Source: a bacterium (GTDB taxonomy: Bacteria; UBA8248). From it: DNA of 64,000 nucleotides. The notes under the pieces were generated by a model that did no database searches, was not told the DNA's origin, and saw only the letters and a program-made list of their open reading frames with translations. Shown here piece by piece: positions 50,321-60,352 of the stretch; position 1 is the first letter of the stretch, and the number at the start of each line of letters is the position of its first letter. The position numbers and the translations under genes were made by a program. The DNA lies in NCBI GenBank assembly GCA_963692865.2, contig OY843592.1, forward strand, positions 896,001 to 960,000, read 5' to 3'.

Positions 50321-52357
50321 ATGGGGGAGGCGCCATTGAGCGGCTGGCGAATCGGCGTGGACGTCGGGGGCACCTTTACGGACGTGGCCCTCGTGGAGGA
50401 GGCGACGGGCCGGGTCGGCGTCTACAAGGTTCCCACGGCGGTCGGCGAGCCGGTTTCAGGCGTGCTGGAAGGCGTGCGGGAAGGACTCCGTGGCGAGGAT
50501 ATCGACCCCGCGGACGTCGTCTACTTCGGCGCGGGCTCCACGCTTGCGGTCAACACGATCATCCAGCGCACCGGAGAACCGACCGGGCTTCTGGTGACGC
50601 AGGGATTCCGCGACGTCCTGGAGATCCGCCGCACCCGGCTTCCCGATGCGCCCAGCTTCGAAGCGGCGAGACCCGTGCCGCTCGTCCGCCGCGCCCACGT
50701 CCGGGAGGTGAGGGAGCGCGTCGGCGCGGACGGCGCCGTCCTGCGCCCGCTGGATACGGACTCCGTGGCGCAAGGGGTCGAGGAACTCCTGGCTGCCGGC
50801 GTCAAGGCCCTGGCCGTCAGCTTTCTGCATTCCTACCTCAATCCGGCCCATGAGCAGGCGGCGCAGGCGGTCATCGCCGAGCGCCGGCCGGATCTGTTCG
50901 TCTGCGCGTCCTGGGAGACGTGGCCCCAGCAGCGCGAATACGAGCGGACGCTCGTCTGCGTGATGAACGCCTACGTCGGGGCCACCATGCGCTCCTACTA
51001 CCGGAGGCTCGAAGAAGGCCTGCGGTCGATGGGGATCGGCTGTCCGGTCCAGATCACACAGTCCAACGGCGGGACGGTCTCGGTCGACGAGGCGGCGCGG
51101 ATACCCGTGCGCACGATGTTCTCGGGGCCCGCCTCGGGGGTGATGGCGGCGGCCAGGTCCGCCCGGGAATCCGGCGAGGCGAAGTTCTTCACCCTGGATA
51201 TGGGAGGGACCAGCGCGGACATGTCCCTCATCGACGGCGCACCCCGCGTCAGCGTGGAGAGCACGATCGGGGATTTTCCGCTGTTTCTGCCCGCCGTCGC
51301 CATCGAGACCATCGGCGCGGGGGGCGGATCGATCGCCTGGGTCGACCCGCACGGTGTTCTGAAAGTCGGGCCGCGCTCGGCGGGGGCCGATCCGGGGCCT
51401 GCGTGCTACGACCGGGGCGGCCGGGAGCCGACCGTTACGGACGCCTACCTCGTAACGGGGGTGCTGGGCGAGAACGACCTGCTGGGCGGCCGGATGACGC
51501 TTTCGCGCGCCCGGGCGGAAGACGCCGTAGGCGGGCTGGCCGAAGCCCTGGGGGTGGAGACGATCCGGGCGGCCGAAGCCGTCCTGCGGGTCGCGACGGC
51601 GAACATGGTCGCCTCGTTTCTGCCGATGATCGCGCGCTACGGGGTCGACCACCGCGAATTCAGCCTCCAGGCCTACGGGGGCGCCGGACCCACGCACGCC
51701 TTCATGCTGGCGGCCGAGGCGGGCATCCGGAGACTCGTCATCCCCCACTCGCCGGGAGCGATGTGCGCGGTGGGAGCGGCCATGGCGGACGTCCAGATGG
51801 ATTTCGTGCGCAGCGTCCGGGCCGGATTGTCGGATGAGAAGGGGATGGAGGAGATGTTCTCGGAGATGGAGGAAACCGCCCGGAGGTGGCTCGCCGAGCA
51901 GGGGCTGGAACCCGCTGCGGCGGCGTTCGAGCGGAGCGCGGATATGCGCTACGAGGGGCAATCGTTCGAGATCATGGTCGGACTTGACCGGAACGGGGAC
52001 GCTCAGAAGGCCTTCCGGCGGAGATATGAAGAGACCTTCGGGTACCTCGACCCCGACTCCGCGATCGAGGTGCTCCAGATCCGGATGCTCGCGAGGGCGC
52101 CGAACCGGATGGCCGGCGCCGCCTCTTCCCCCCGGCCCGGCGAATCGGACGCGCCCGAACCCGTGGAGACGCGCGAGGTGACGCATCGGGGGAGGCGGCT
52201 CGCCGTTCCCGTCTACCGCAGGGCGCAAATCCCCACAGGTCTCAGGCTCTCGGGGCCCGCCGTGCTTCTTCAGTACGACACGACCGTTTTCGTCACGCCC
52301 GGGTTCGACTTCAGCGTCGATGAGTCGGGGAATCTTCACGCGGAGGCGGCCGGATGA
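50321..52357 (+). CDS. Hydantoinase/oxoprolinase family, subunit A
   Basis: GVDVGGTFTD, SGPASGV, DMGGTSAD, GAGGGSIA, SAGADPGPACY, YGGAGP. Confidence 0.94.
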   Translation: MGEAPLSGWRIGVDVGGTFTDVALVEEATGRVGVYKVPTAVGEPVSGVLEGVREGLRGEDIDPADVVYFGAGSTLAVNTIIQRTGEPTGLLVTQGFRDVLEIRRTRLPDAPSFEAARPVPLVRRAHVREVRERVGADGAVLRPLDTDSVAQGVEELLAAGVKALAVSFLHSYLNPAHEQAAQAVIAERRPDLFVCASWETWPQQREYERTLVCVMNAYVGATMRSYYRRLEEGLRSMGIGCPVQITQSNGGTVSVDEAARIPVRTMFSGPASGVMAAARSARESGEAKFFTLDMGGTSADMSLIDGAPRVSVESTIGDFPLFLPAVAIETIGAGGGSIAWVDPHGVLKVGPRSAGADPGPACYDRGGREPTVTDAYLVTGVLGENDLLGGRMTLSRARAEDAVGGLAEALGVETIRAAEAVLRVATANMVASFLPMIARYGVDHREFSLQAYGGAGPTHAFMLAAEAGIRRLVIPHSPGAMCAVGAAMADVQMDFVRSVRAGLSDEKGMEEMFSEMEETARRWLAEQGLEPAAAAFERSADMRYEGQSFEIMVGLDRNGDAQKAFRRRYEETFGYLDPDSAIEVLQIRMLARAPNRMAGAASSPRPGESDAPEPVETREVTHRGRRLAVPVYRRAQIPTGLRLSGPAVLLQYDTTVFVTPGFDFSVDESGNLHAEAAG

Positions 52358-54384
52358 GCGAAACCTTTACGCCCAGGTCCGACCCCGTCCTCTTCGAAAT
52401 ACTCCGGTGCCAGTTTCAGGGGGTCGTGGAGGAGATGGGCGAGCTGCTGACCCACTGCGGGCATACCGTCTTCGTCAAGGAAACCCAGGATTTCATCGTC
52501 GCCCTGGTGACGCCCCGGGGAGAGGTGGCGGCCTGCTCCGTGGACATCGGGCTCTGGATAGGGGTCGGCCAGAACTTTCAGGCCGTATTCGACGCCGGCG
52601 GGCCCTACCGGCCCGGCGACGTCTGGTTCACCAACGACCCCGAGCAGAGCAGGGGCCTGGTGACCCACCTGCTCGACGTCTTCTGCTGGCGTCCCATCTA
52701 CCACGAGAATGAGCTCGTCTGCTTCGCGGCCGCCTTCATCCATTGCACGGATGTGGGCGGGCTCGCGCCCGGGTCCATCGCGCCTTCCGCCGTCGACCAG
52801 CATCAGGAAGGCGTGGTCATTCCGGTGACCCGGCTCGTCGCCGAAGGCGAAATGCGGGAAGACATATTGCGGATCTTCCTGAGGAACTGCCGCGCTCCGG
52901 ACAAGAACCGGGGCGACGTGCTGGCGATGCTCGGAGCGCTCAAGCGCGCGGAATTGCGCGTGACCGGCCTCGCCGGGAAGTTCGGCGGAGACGTCCTGAG
53001 GACGGCGCTCGACGACGTTCTGGATTACGCCGAAGCCCAGGCCCGATCCCTGATACGGGAGGTTCCCGACGGAGACTACGAGTTCTGGGACTACCTGGAA
53101 GGGGATCTGATGCCGGAGGGCCGTCACGTCCGGATCCGCCTCGCCTTGCGGATCCGGGGGGATGAGATGCTCCTCGACTTCGAGGGCACGGACCCCCAGG
53201 TGGCGGCGGCGTTCAACCTCCCCTCCTACGGCGCGGACGGCCACTACCTCCTGGTGATGGGCGTGGTCAACTTCATGCGGAGCGTCAACCCGCACACGGT
53301 GTACAACTCCGGGCTGGTTCGCTCCGTTAAGGTGAACGCGCCGAGGGGGTCCCTCCTCAATCCCGAGCCCGGAGCGCCCATCGGCGCCAGGCAGGCCACG
53401 TTCTTCCGGGTGGCCGATATCGTCCTCGGCGCCCTGGCGCATGCCTGGAGGGAGCGGATGCCCGCCGCAGGCTGCGGCCAGGGCTCCATCATGGTGATGG
53501 CCGCGCCGGACTTCTCCACCGGGACGAACCTGGTGAGCACCGTCCAGCCGCTCGTGGGCGGGTCGGGGGCGCGGCCCTTCGACGACGGCACGGAGGGAGT
53601 CGATTTCACCACGGGCTTCTACCGGAACATCCCCAACGAGGTGCTGGAATCGGAGATGCCCGTCCTGGTCGAGCGCTACGCGCTCATCCCCGATTCCGGG
53701 GGAGCGGGCCGCACCCGCGGCGGGTGCGGCCTGCACTATTCCCTCAGGCTCCTCGTGCCCGGCGGGGTGGTGACGGCCCGGGGGATGGAGCGGTTTCATT
53801 TCCAGCCCTGGGGAAGGGAAGCCGGCCTGCCGGGCGAAGTCGGCCGCGCGTTCCTGCAGGCCCCGGGCGAGGAGCCGCGAGAGATAGAGAAGATAAACGT
53901 GCTCGATGTTCCGGCGGGCGGCGTCGTGCACGCCCACTCGGCCGGCGGCGGCGGTTTCGGCCCGCCCCGGGAGCGCGATCCCGCATTGGTGCTGCGCGAC
54001 GTCGAGGACGGGCTGGTCACGCCTGAGAGCGCCGGGGAGGTCTACGGCGTGGTTATCCGCGGCGGCCGAGTCCTGGAAGAGGAAACCGCCGTGCGTCGGC
54101 GAGCGCTCGGCGTCGAGAATGACGGCGGCTCGCCCCCGGCTCCGTTTGCGTTCGGTGCGAATCGCGAGGCGTTCGAGCGGATTTGGCCGGATGAGTTGCA
54201 ACTGGCCGTCAACCGGGCGACGGAGGGCATCCCCGCCGCCATCCGGCAGCACGTACGCTTCGAGGCGATGAGAGCCGTGGAGGAGGCTCGATCGGGAGCG
54301 GAGCCGATCGATGAATCCTGGCTCGAGGCCAGGGTGCGCGAGATCACCGAACGCATGAGTCCGAAGTCGACGCATTCCGCTTGA
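52354..54384 (+). CDS. Hydantoinase B/oxoprolinase family, subunit B
   Basis: NDP, HLLD, H..DVGG, QEG, DFEGT, DSGGAGRTRGG, GGGGFG; ATGA overlap with subunit A. Confidence 0.94.
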   Translation: MSETFTPRSDPVLFEILRCQFQGVVEEMGELLTHCGHTVFVKETQDFIVALVTPRGEVAACSVDIGLWIGVGQNFQAVFDAGGPYRPGDVWFTNDPEQSRGLVTHLLDVFCWRPIYHENELVCFAAAFIHCTDVGGLAPGSIAPSAVDQHQEGVVIPVTRLVAEGEMREDILRIFLRNCRAPDKNRGDVLAMLGALKRAELRVTGLAGKFGGDVLRTALDDVLDYAEAQARSLIREVPDGDYEFWDYLEGDLMPEGRHVRIRLALRIRGDEMLLDFEGTDPQVAAAFNLPSYGADGHYLLVMGVVNFMRSVNPHTVYNSGLVRSVKVNAPRGSLLNPEPGAPIGARQATFFRVADIVLGALAHAWRERMPAAGCGQGSIMVMAAPDFSTGTNLVSTVQPLVGGSGARPFDDGTEGVDFTTGFYRNIPNEVLESEMPVLVERYALIPDSGGAGRTRGGCGLHYSLRLLVPGGVVTARGMERFHFQPWGREAGLPGEVGRAFLQAPGEEPREIEKINVLDVPAGGVVHAHSAGGGGFGPPRERDPALVLRDVEDGLVTPESAGEVYGVVIRGGRVLEEETAVRRRALGVENDGGSPPAPFAFGANREAFERIWPDELQLAVNRATEGIPAAIRQHVRFEAMRAVEEARSGAEPIDESWLEARVREITERMSPKSTHSA

Positions 54385-54411
54385 GGCGGTACCCATACAC
54401 CCCAAAACATC

Positions 54412-54441
54412 TTGACACTTACCTCCCCCGCACATCATATT
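54412..54441 (+). promoter_or_regulatory. Putative sigma70 promoter for uvrA
   Basis: TTGACA-18 bp-CATATT. Confidence 0.4.
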
Positions 54442-54495
54442 GAGGGGTTATCGTTCGCTCATCGCCCGAATCACCCTTAGAGCCGTCACGAGGAA

Positions 54496-57390
54496 ATGAG
54501 TACCCAAAGCGCAGCTTCCCCCGCCGTCTCCCTGATGGAGGACATCCGCATCGAGGGCGCGCGGGAACACAATCTCAAGGACATCTCCCTCAAGCTCCCG
54601 AGGGAGCACTTCATCGTCGTCACCGGGCCGAGCGGTTCGGGCAAGTCCTCCCTCGCGTTCGACACCATCTACGCCGAGGGCCACCGCCGGTACGTGGAGA
54701 GCCTCTCCACCTATGCGCGGCAGTTCCTGGAGCGCGTGGACAAGCCCGACGTGGACTACATCGAGGGCATCAGCCCCGCCATCGCCATCGAGCAGTACAA
54801 CCCGGTGAACCATTCGCGCTCCACGGTGGGCACGGCGTCGGAGATTTACGACTACCTCAGGCTGCTCTTCGCCAAGGCCGGGAAGATTCATTGCCCCGAT
54901 TGCGGGAGCGAGGTCACGCCCGCCACGGTCGACGGCACGGTGGCGCTCCTGTTGAACGCCTACGAGGACGCGAGAGGGTTCATACTTTTCCCGATGGGTG
55001 AGCTCGAAGCGGAGGATTTGCCGGGAGAACTCGAATCCCTCATGGGGCAGGGCTACGTCCGCGTGATGTTGGACGATGAAATCGTGAGCATCGGCCCCCC
55101 GCTTTTCGAGAGATTGAAAAAAGAAGCCGAACCGCCGCCCGAAGCGAAGAAGCGGGGCCGTCTTCGCAAAAAAGAGCCTCGAGATGAAAGCCCCGCCGTG
55201 CGGAACCATCATGCCGTTCGGGTCGTGGTGGATCGCCTGAAGCTCTCGCCCAGAAACCGCGCGCGCCTGGGCGAATCGCTGGAGACGGCGTTCCGCGAAG
55301 GCGGCGGCGTCGCCGAAGTGCAGCTCGTGGACGGTCCGAGGCTGCGCTTCAGCCAGAAGCTCGAGTGCTGCGGCCATACGTTCGAAGAACCCGTCCCGCA
55401 CACGTTCAGCTTCAACAATCCCAACGGGGCCTGTCAGGAGTGCGGGGGGTTCGGCAACACGCTCAGTTTCGATGAGGCGCTCATCATCCCCGAGCCCAGG
55501 AAGACGCTCGCCCAGGGGGCGGTGGAGCCCTGGGCGCGGCCGCGCTACCGCCGCTATTTCGGCGAACAGCTCCAGGATGCCGCAAAGTCAGAGGGCCTCG
55601 ACATCCACACCCCCTGGGAGAAGATGCCCGAAGACCAGAAGAAAATGGTTTTCGAGGGATCGGGCAGCTTTTTGGGCGTGTACCGGTTCTTCGAGAGGCT
55701 AAAGCGAAGGAAATACAAGGTCTGGGTGCGCGTGATGATCAGGCGCTACCAGAGTCTTCAGAAATGCGCCTCCTGCGGCGGCACGCGCCTGCGTCCCGAG
55801 GCGCTCTGGATCAAGCTGGGCGATCGCACCATCGCCGATATATGCGCCATGCCGGTGAGCGATCTGAGGGAATACTTCGAGGCGCCGCCGCTCACGCCCG
55901 AACAATACACGCGCGCGGGCGACGTCTTGAAGCAGGTGCGCGAGCGCCTCGATTTCCTGCACAAGGTGGGCCTGGAATACCTGACGCTGGACAGGGAGAC
56001 CAGGACCCTGAGCGGGGGCGAGCACCAGCGGATCAACCTGGCGAACCAGTTGGGCGCGCACCTGACGGGCACACTCTACATTCTGGACGAGCCGACCATC
56101 GGGCTGCATCCCAGGGACAACGCGCGCCTCGTGAGCATCCTGAAGGACCTGGTCGATCGGGGGAACACGCTGCTCGTGGTGGAGCACGACCGCGACGTCA
56201 TCGACGAGGCGGACCACGTGGTGGACCTGGGCCCCGGCGCGGGCGAGCGCGGGGGCGAGGTGGTTTTCTCAGGACCCCGGGAAGAGCTCGACTGGTGCGA
56301 GGGGTCGGCGACGGCGAAGTTCCTGAGCGGCGAGCGCGAGATCAACCCCAGGAAGATCAAAAGAGGAGAGAACGGCAGCTTCTCCTGTCTTTCCCTGTTC
56401 GGGGCGCAGGAGAACAATCTGAAAAAGGTGAATCTCCACGTTCCCCTGGGCCGCCTGGTGGCGATAACGGGCGTTTCCGGCTCGGGCAAGAGCACGCTGG
56501 TGCACGACACGCTCTACCCGGCCTTGGCGCGGATTCTCCACGACGGCAAAGGCGCCATCGGCCGCTTCGAGCGGATAGAGGGATTCGATGAGCTTGATTC
56601 CGTGGTGCTGCTCGACCAGAGCCCCATCGGCAAAAGCCCCCGGAGCAACCCCATCACCTACCTCAAGGCCTACGACGCGATCCGGCGCCTGTTCGCCGAA
56701 ACGCCGCTGGCGCGCAACATGGGCTACGGCCCCGGGCATTTTTCCTTCAACACGGCCGGGGGGCGGTGCGAGTCCTGCACCGGAAGCGGCATCCAGAAGA
56801 TAGAGATGCACTTCATGGCCGATATCTTCATCCGCTGTCCCGATTGCGAGGGCAGGCGCTTCAAGCCCCAGGCCATGGAAATCCAGTACAAGGGCAGGAA
56901 CATCCACGACGTGCTGAACCTGACGGTGGATGAGGCCAGCCTGTTTTTCGATCACGTGCCCTCGGTGCTGAACAAGCTCTTGATCCTGAGAGACGTAGGC
57001 CTCAATTACCTCCGGATCGGCCAGCCCGTGAACACGCTCTCGGGCGGCGAGGCGCAGCGTCTCAAGATCGCGGGTCAGTTGGCCGCCAAGCCGCCCCGCG
57101 GCGTGATGTACCTGATGGACGAACCCACGACGGGCCTCCATTTTCAGGACGTCGAGCGGTTGCTGAACGTGCTCACGCGCCTCGTGGGGCTGGGGAACAC
57201 GGTGGTCGTCGTCGAGCATAATATGGACGTCATCCGCAACGCGGAGTGGGTCATCGACTTAGGGCCCGAAGGAGGGGAGGGGGGAGGCCGCATCGTCGCC
57301 GAGGGGACGCCCGAGGAGGTGGCGCAGAACCCCCGCTCGCATACGGGCGGGTTCTTGAAGAAGTATTTCGAACAAGCGGTGGCGGGCTGA
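54496..57390 (+). CDS. uvrA: Excinuclease ABC subunit A
   Basis: [31 protein letters not shown] zinc fingers, two ABC signatures ([21 protein letters not shown]). Confidence 0.96.
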   Translation: MSTQSAASPAVSLMEDIRIEGAREHNLKDISLKLPREHFIVVTGPSGSGKSSLAFDTIYAEGHRRYVESLSTYARQFLERVDKPDVDYIEGISPAIAIEQYNPVNHSRSTVGTASEIYDYLRLLFAKAGKIHCPDCGSEVTPATVDGTVALLLNAYEDARGFILFPMGELEAEDLPGELESLMGQGYVRVMLDDEIVSIGPPLFERLKKEAEPPPEAKKRGRLRKKEPRDESPAVRNHHAVRVVVDRLKLSPRNRARLGESLETAFREGGGVAEVQLVDGPRLRFSQKLECCGHTFEEPVPHTFSFNNPNGACQECGGFGNTLSFDEALIIPEPRKTLAQGAVEPWARPRYRRYFGEQLQDAAKSEGLDIHTPWEKMPEDQKKMVFEGSGSFLGVYRFFERLKRRKYKVWVRVMIRRYQSLQKCASCGGTRLRPEALWIKLGDRTIADICAMPVSDLREYFEAPPLTPEQYTRAGDVLKQVRERLDFLHKVGLEYLTLDRETRTLSGGEHQRINLANQLGAHLTGTLYILDEPTIGLHPRDNARLVSILKDLVDRGNTLLVVEHDRDVIDEADHVVDLGPGAGERGGEVVFSGPREELDWCEGSATAKFLSGEREINPRKIKRGENGSFSCLSLFGAQENNLKKVNLHVPLGRLVAITGVSGSGKSTLVHDTLYPALARILHDGKGAIGRFERIEGFDELDSVVLLDQSPIGKSPRSNPITYLKAYDAIRRLFAETPLARNMGYGPGHFSFNTAGGRCESCTGSGIQKIEMHFMADIFIRCPDCEGRRFKPQAMEIQYKGRNIHDVLNLTVDEASLFFDHVPSVLNKLLILRDVGLNYLRIGQPVNTLSGGEAQRLKIAGQLAAKPPRGVMYLMDEPTTGLHFQDVERLLNVLTRLVGLGNTVVVVEHNMDVIRNAEWVIDLGPEGGEGGGRIVAEGTPEEVAQNPRSHTGGFLKKYFEQAVAG

Positions 57391-58574
57391 TCATCTTAAG
57401 ACGCCTCCTCACGCTTCGGCGCCTTGCGCTGGCCGCTTCGTTACTCCTGGGCCTGTTGTTCGTCGCATCGCGTTTTTCGCCGGGGCTGCGACACCCGGTG
57501 GATTCCCTCCTGATGGCCCAGGGACTCATCGACGCGCGTAGCGGGGGCTGGCTTTCGCTTCTCACGAAGAAGCCGCTAAGAGCCGAAATTTCATTCAACG
57601 GTGTTTTTGCGGATTCCTATTCGCCGGGCGATTCCGTCGGCTGGGGCGATGCGCCCGCGCGCGGCTGCGTCGTCCTGGTTCACGGCATGACGACGATGGG
57701 CAAGGCGGATCATCGTCTCGTGGCGTTCGCGGAGTCGCTCGCGAGGCTGGGTTTTGCGGCGCTCGTACCCGATTTGCCGGGCATGAAGCGGTTTCGCCCC
57801 GAAGAGGCGGACGTCCTGCGCATCGAAAGGGCATTCTCGTGGATGACGCGGGGCGGCGCGGGTTCTTGTGAGAGATGCAGCATTCTGGCGTTTTCCTTCG
57901 CCGCCGGCCCGGCCCTTCGCGCGGCGGCGAGTCCGGCGGTGGGCGGGAAGTTGGTCGCCTTCATCGGCGTGGGCGCCTATTACGATCTCAAGAACGTGCT
58001 GAAACACCTCACCACGAGCAGCGGGCAGAACCGGCCCGCCTTCCCCGGCGGGCTGCCCATCCGCCACGGGAAATGGCTCTTCCTGCGCTACAACACGGAA
58101 CTCCTGGGTTTGGACGCCCATCGGGAGCGCATCGAGGCCATCGTGTCGAGAAAGCGAAAAGACGAAGCGGCGGATATCGGCGATTTGCTCGCGGGCTTGC
58201 CGGAGGATGCGCGGGCCATTATCGCCTTGATGGAGAACAAATCCCCCGAGCGCTTCGAGGCGCTTTACGCGCGGCAAGGGGCCGCACGGCGCGAGCGCCT
58301 GCGGGCATGGGGGATGCGCGATGTCATTCCCGGGGTCGGGGGGAAGAAATTTTTTCTGCACGGGCGTGAGGACCCCTTCGTTCCCCCGTCCGAGAGCATC
58401 CTGCTGGCGAATCGCGCGCGGGAGACCTCGGGCGATGCGGCATCGGCCTTCGTCTTCGGTGGATTTCGCCACGTGGGAATCGAGGCGGACCTCTTTTCTC
58501 TTGCGCAGATTCTGGAAGGCGCGCGCTTTTTGGGATTCATATCCGCCGTCTTGAGCGCGATGGAGGTGAGATGA
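57387..58574 (+). CDS. Membrane-anchored alpha/beta hydrolase-like protein (start uncertain)
   Basis: TM segment, LVHGM, ALVPDLPG, AFSFAAG, HGREDPFVP, late His. Confidence 0.7.
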   Translation: MIILRRLLTLRRLALAASLLLGLLFVASRFSPGLRHPVDSLLMAQGLIDARSGGWLSLLTKKPLRAEISFNGVFADSYSPGDSVGWGDAPARGCVVLVHGMTTMGKADHRLVAFAESLARLGFAALVPDLPGMKRFRPEEADVLRIERAFSWMTRGGAGSCERCSILAFSFAAGPALRAAASPAVGGKLVAFIGVGAYYDLKNVLKHLTTSSGQNRPAFPGGLPIRHGKWLFLRYNTELLGLDAHRERIEAIVSRKRKDEAADIGDLLAGLPEDARAIIALMENKSPERFEALYARQGAARRERLRAWGMRDVIPGVGGKKFFLHGREDPFVPPSESILLANRARETSGDAASAFVFGGFRHVGIEADLFSLAQILEGARFLGFISAVLSAMEVR

Positions 58575-58667
58575 GGAGTTGCGCTCGCCCTCGCTCCGCA
58601 TGGCGCGGCGGGGGAGCGATGTAGTAGGCTACGGGCGGATTTTTCCTTATGCCAAGAGGGCGTCGTC

Positions 58668-59126
58668 ATGATCGAGCGAAGCGCCATCACACGGACGGCG
58701 AACGCGCAATGGATGGGGGATATGCGCGCGCGGATTCAGGCGCGCGATTGCCCGGAGTTCGCAAGCGATGAGCCCGTGGAGCGCGGCGGCCTGTTCGAGC
58801 ATCCCACCCCCGCCGAATACATGCTCGGCGCGCTGACGGGCTGCGGCGCCGCGCACGTGGAGTTGTTCGCAAAAGAAGTCGGCATGCCGCTCGATGACTG
58901 CGCCATCGAGGGGCGGCTCACGATGGAGCGCTTCGCGCCCGGCGACCCGCACGCGGAGAACGGGGGCGTCACCGGCGTGGAGCTTGAGATAGAGGTGACT
59001 TCGGCGGGCTCCGCGGAGCAGCTCGAGGAGGTGAAGGAGAAGTTTCGCGCGGGGTGCATCCTCTATCTGTTCATGAGCGCGGCGACGTGCGTGAACGACA
59101 ACTGGACGCTGAAACGGCCCGAGTAG
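58668..59126 (+). CDS. OsmC/Ohr family protein
   Basis: SDEP...GG, PTPAEYMLGALTGC, second Cys in AGCILY. Confidence 0.85.
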   Translation: MIERSAITRTANAQWMGDMRARIQARDCPEFASDEPVERGGLFEHPTPAEYMLGALTGCGAAHVELFAKEVGMPLDDCAIEGRLTMERFAPGDPHAENGGVTGVELEIEVTSAGSAEQLEEVKEKFRAGCILYLFMSAATCVNDNWTLKRPE

Positions 59127-59135
59127 CGGCCGTTC

Positions 59136-59402
59136 GGGGCTGTTGAAAAAGCCCACAAAAGGAGCGCACCGAATTTCACTCCCCCCTTGAGGGGGAGTCA
59201 ACGAGGCAAGGGCGAAGCCCGCAGGCGAGTTGGTGGGGGGACATGCCACAGAAAAGGCTCCCCTCACCGAATCGGCCTTCGCACAAACCGCTCGGCCTCT
59301 TCGTCTGGCTTTCCCCTCGGGAAGCCAGACCCTCAAGGGGGGAGTGAAATCAAAAGCGTGTGCGCAACTCAAAATTACTTCCCGGGGGTTTTCAACAGGC
59401 CC
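59136..59402. mobile_element. TIR-bounded composite repeat, copy F, with 4-bp target duplication
   Basis: GTTC|GGGGCTGTTGAAAA...TTTTCAACAGGCCC|GTTC; inner module 59173-59350 with a perfect 21-bp IR, homologous to 9940-10130. Confidence 0.82.
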
Positions 59403-59437
59403 GTTCGGGAAATCTTTACGAACACCAGAAAGCGGTC

Positions 59438-60352
59438 ATGAACCTATCTACCCATGTCGTGGGCCTGCTGTTCGCAGCCTCGGCGCTCCTGAGCTGGACG
59501 AGCCTCTCCTTTTTCGTGCGCCTGGCGATGAAGAACGCGCCGCTCCTGAGGACGACGGCGGCCATGTCGACCATAAACGGCGCGCTCGTCTCCGCGCTGG
59601 TCTTCTTCGCACTTCCGGCTTCGGCTTTTCAGCCCGGATCGACGAGAACCTGGGTGCTGCTGCCGATCACCGCTTTTTTCATGATCACCATCTCGCGGCT
59701 CACCTACTATTACGCCATCCGGCGCATCGGGCCGAGCCGCACCATTCCCATCGCGGCGAGCACGCCCGCCGTCACCGCGCTTCTGGCGACCATCTTCCTG
59801 GGCGAGCCGTTCACGATTCTCATCATCCTGGGGCTTCTGTGCCTCATCGTGGGTCTCAACATGGTGGTGCGATCGGCGCCCGCGCAGCCGAACCTCGAGA
59901 TGGGCCACACGCGAAAGGACGTCGTGAAGGGCTACGTCTCGGCGGGCCTGACCACGCTGAACTGGAGCGTCTCGGGCGTCATGGTGCGGACCATCACGCT
60001 CGACATGAACGCGCTGGCCGCATCGGCGCTGCTCATCTGGATAGGGCTCGGTTTCGCCTGGGTGCTGGCGGTGGGTTTCGCTCACAGGGAGACGGCGGAG
60101 AAAATCCCCCGGGCGAGCTGGAAGTGGATGCTCATGGCCGCCGTCTGCCAGACGATAGCTGTGCCCTCGTTCAGCAACGCCATGGCGCGCACCTACGCGG
60201 TGGGCGTTACCTCCATCACGTCGGTCCAGCCCCTCCTGGTGATCCTGGGGTCGCACCTGTTCCTGAGGGAGAGCGAGAACATCACGGGCAAACTCGTCCT
60301 GGGCGCGGTGATGACGGTGCTGGGGACGGTCCTGATCTTGCTCCGCCTCTAG
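59438..60352 (+). CDS. EamA/DMT family transporter
   Basis: Two hydrophobic EamA repeats, IGPSR, IFLGEP, FLRESE. Confidence 0.88.
   Translation: MNLSTHVVGLLFAASALLSWTSLSFFVRLAMKNAPLLRTTAAMSTINGALVSALVFFALPASAFQPGSTRTWVLLPITAFFMITISRLTYYYAIRRIGPSRTIPIAASTPAVTALLATIFLGEPFTILIILGLLCLIVGLNMVVRSAPAQPNLEMGHTRKDVVKGYVSAGLTTLNWSVSGVMVRTITLDMNALAASALLIWIGLGFAWVLAVGFAHRETAEKIPRASWKWMLMAAVCQTIAVPSFSNAMARTYAVGVTSITSVQPLLVILGSHLFLRESENITGKLVLGAVMTVLGTVLILLRL

Noticed and set aside
54400-54495. LexA box upstream of uvrA (and of dinB)
   Set aside because: No CTGT-N8-ACAG, GAAC-N4-GTTC or GTTC-N7-GTTC seen at either gene
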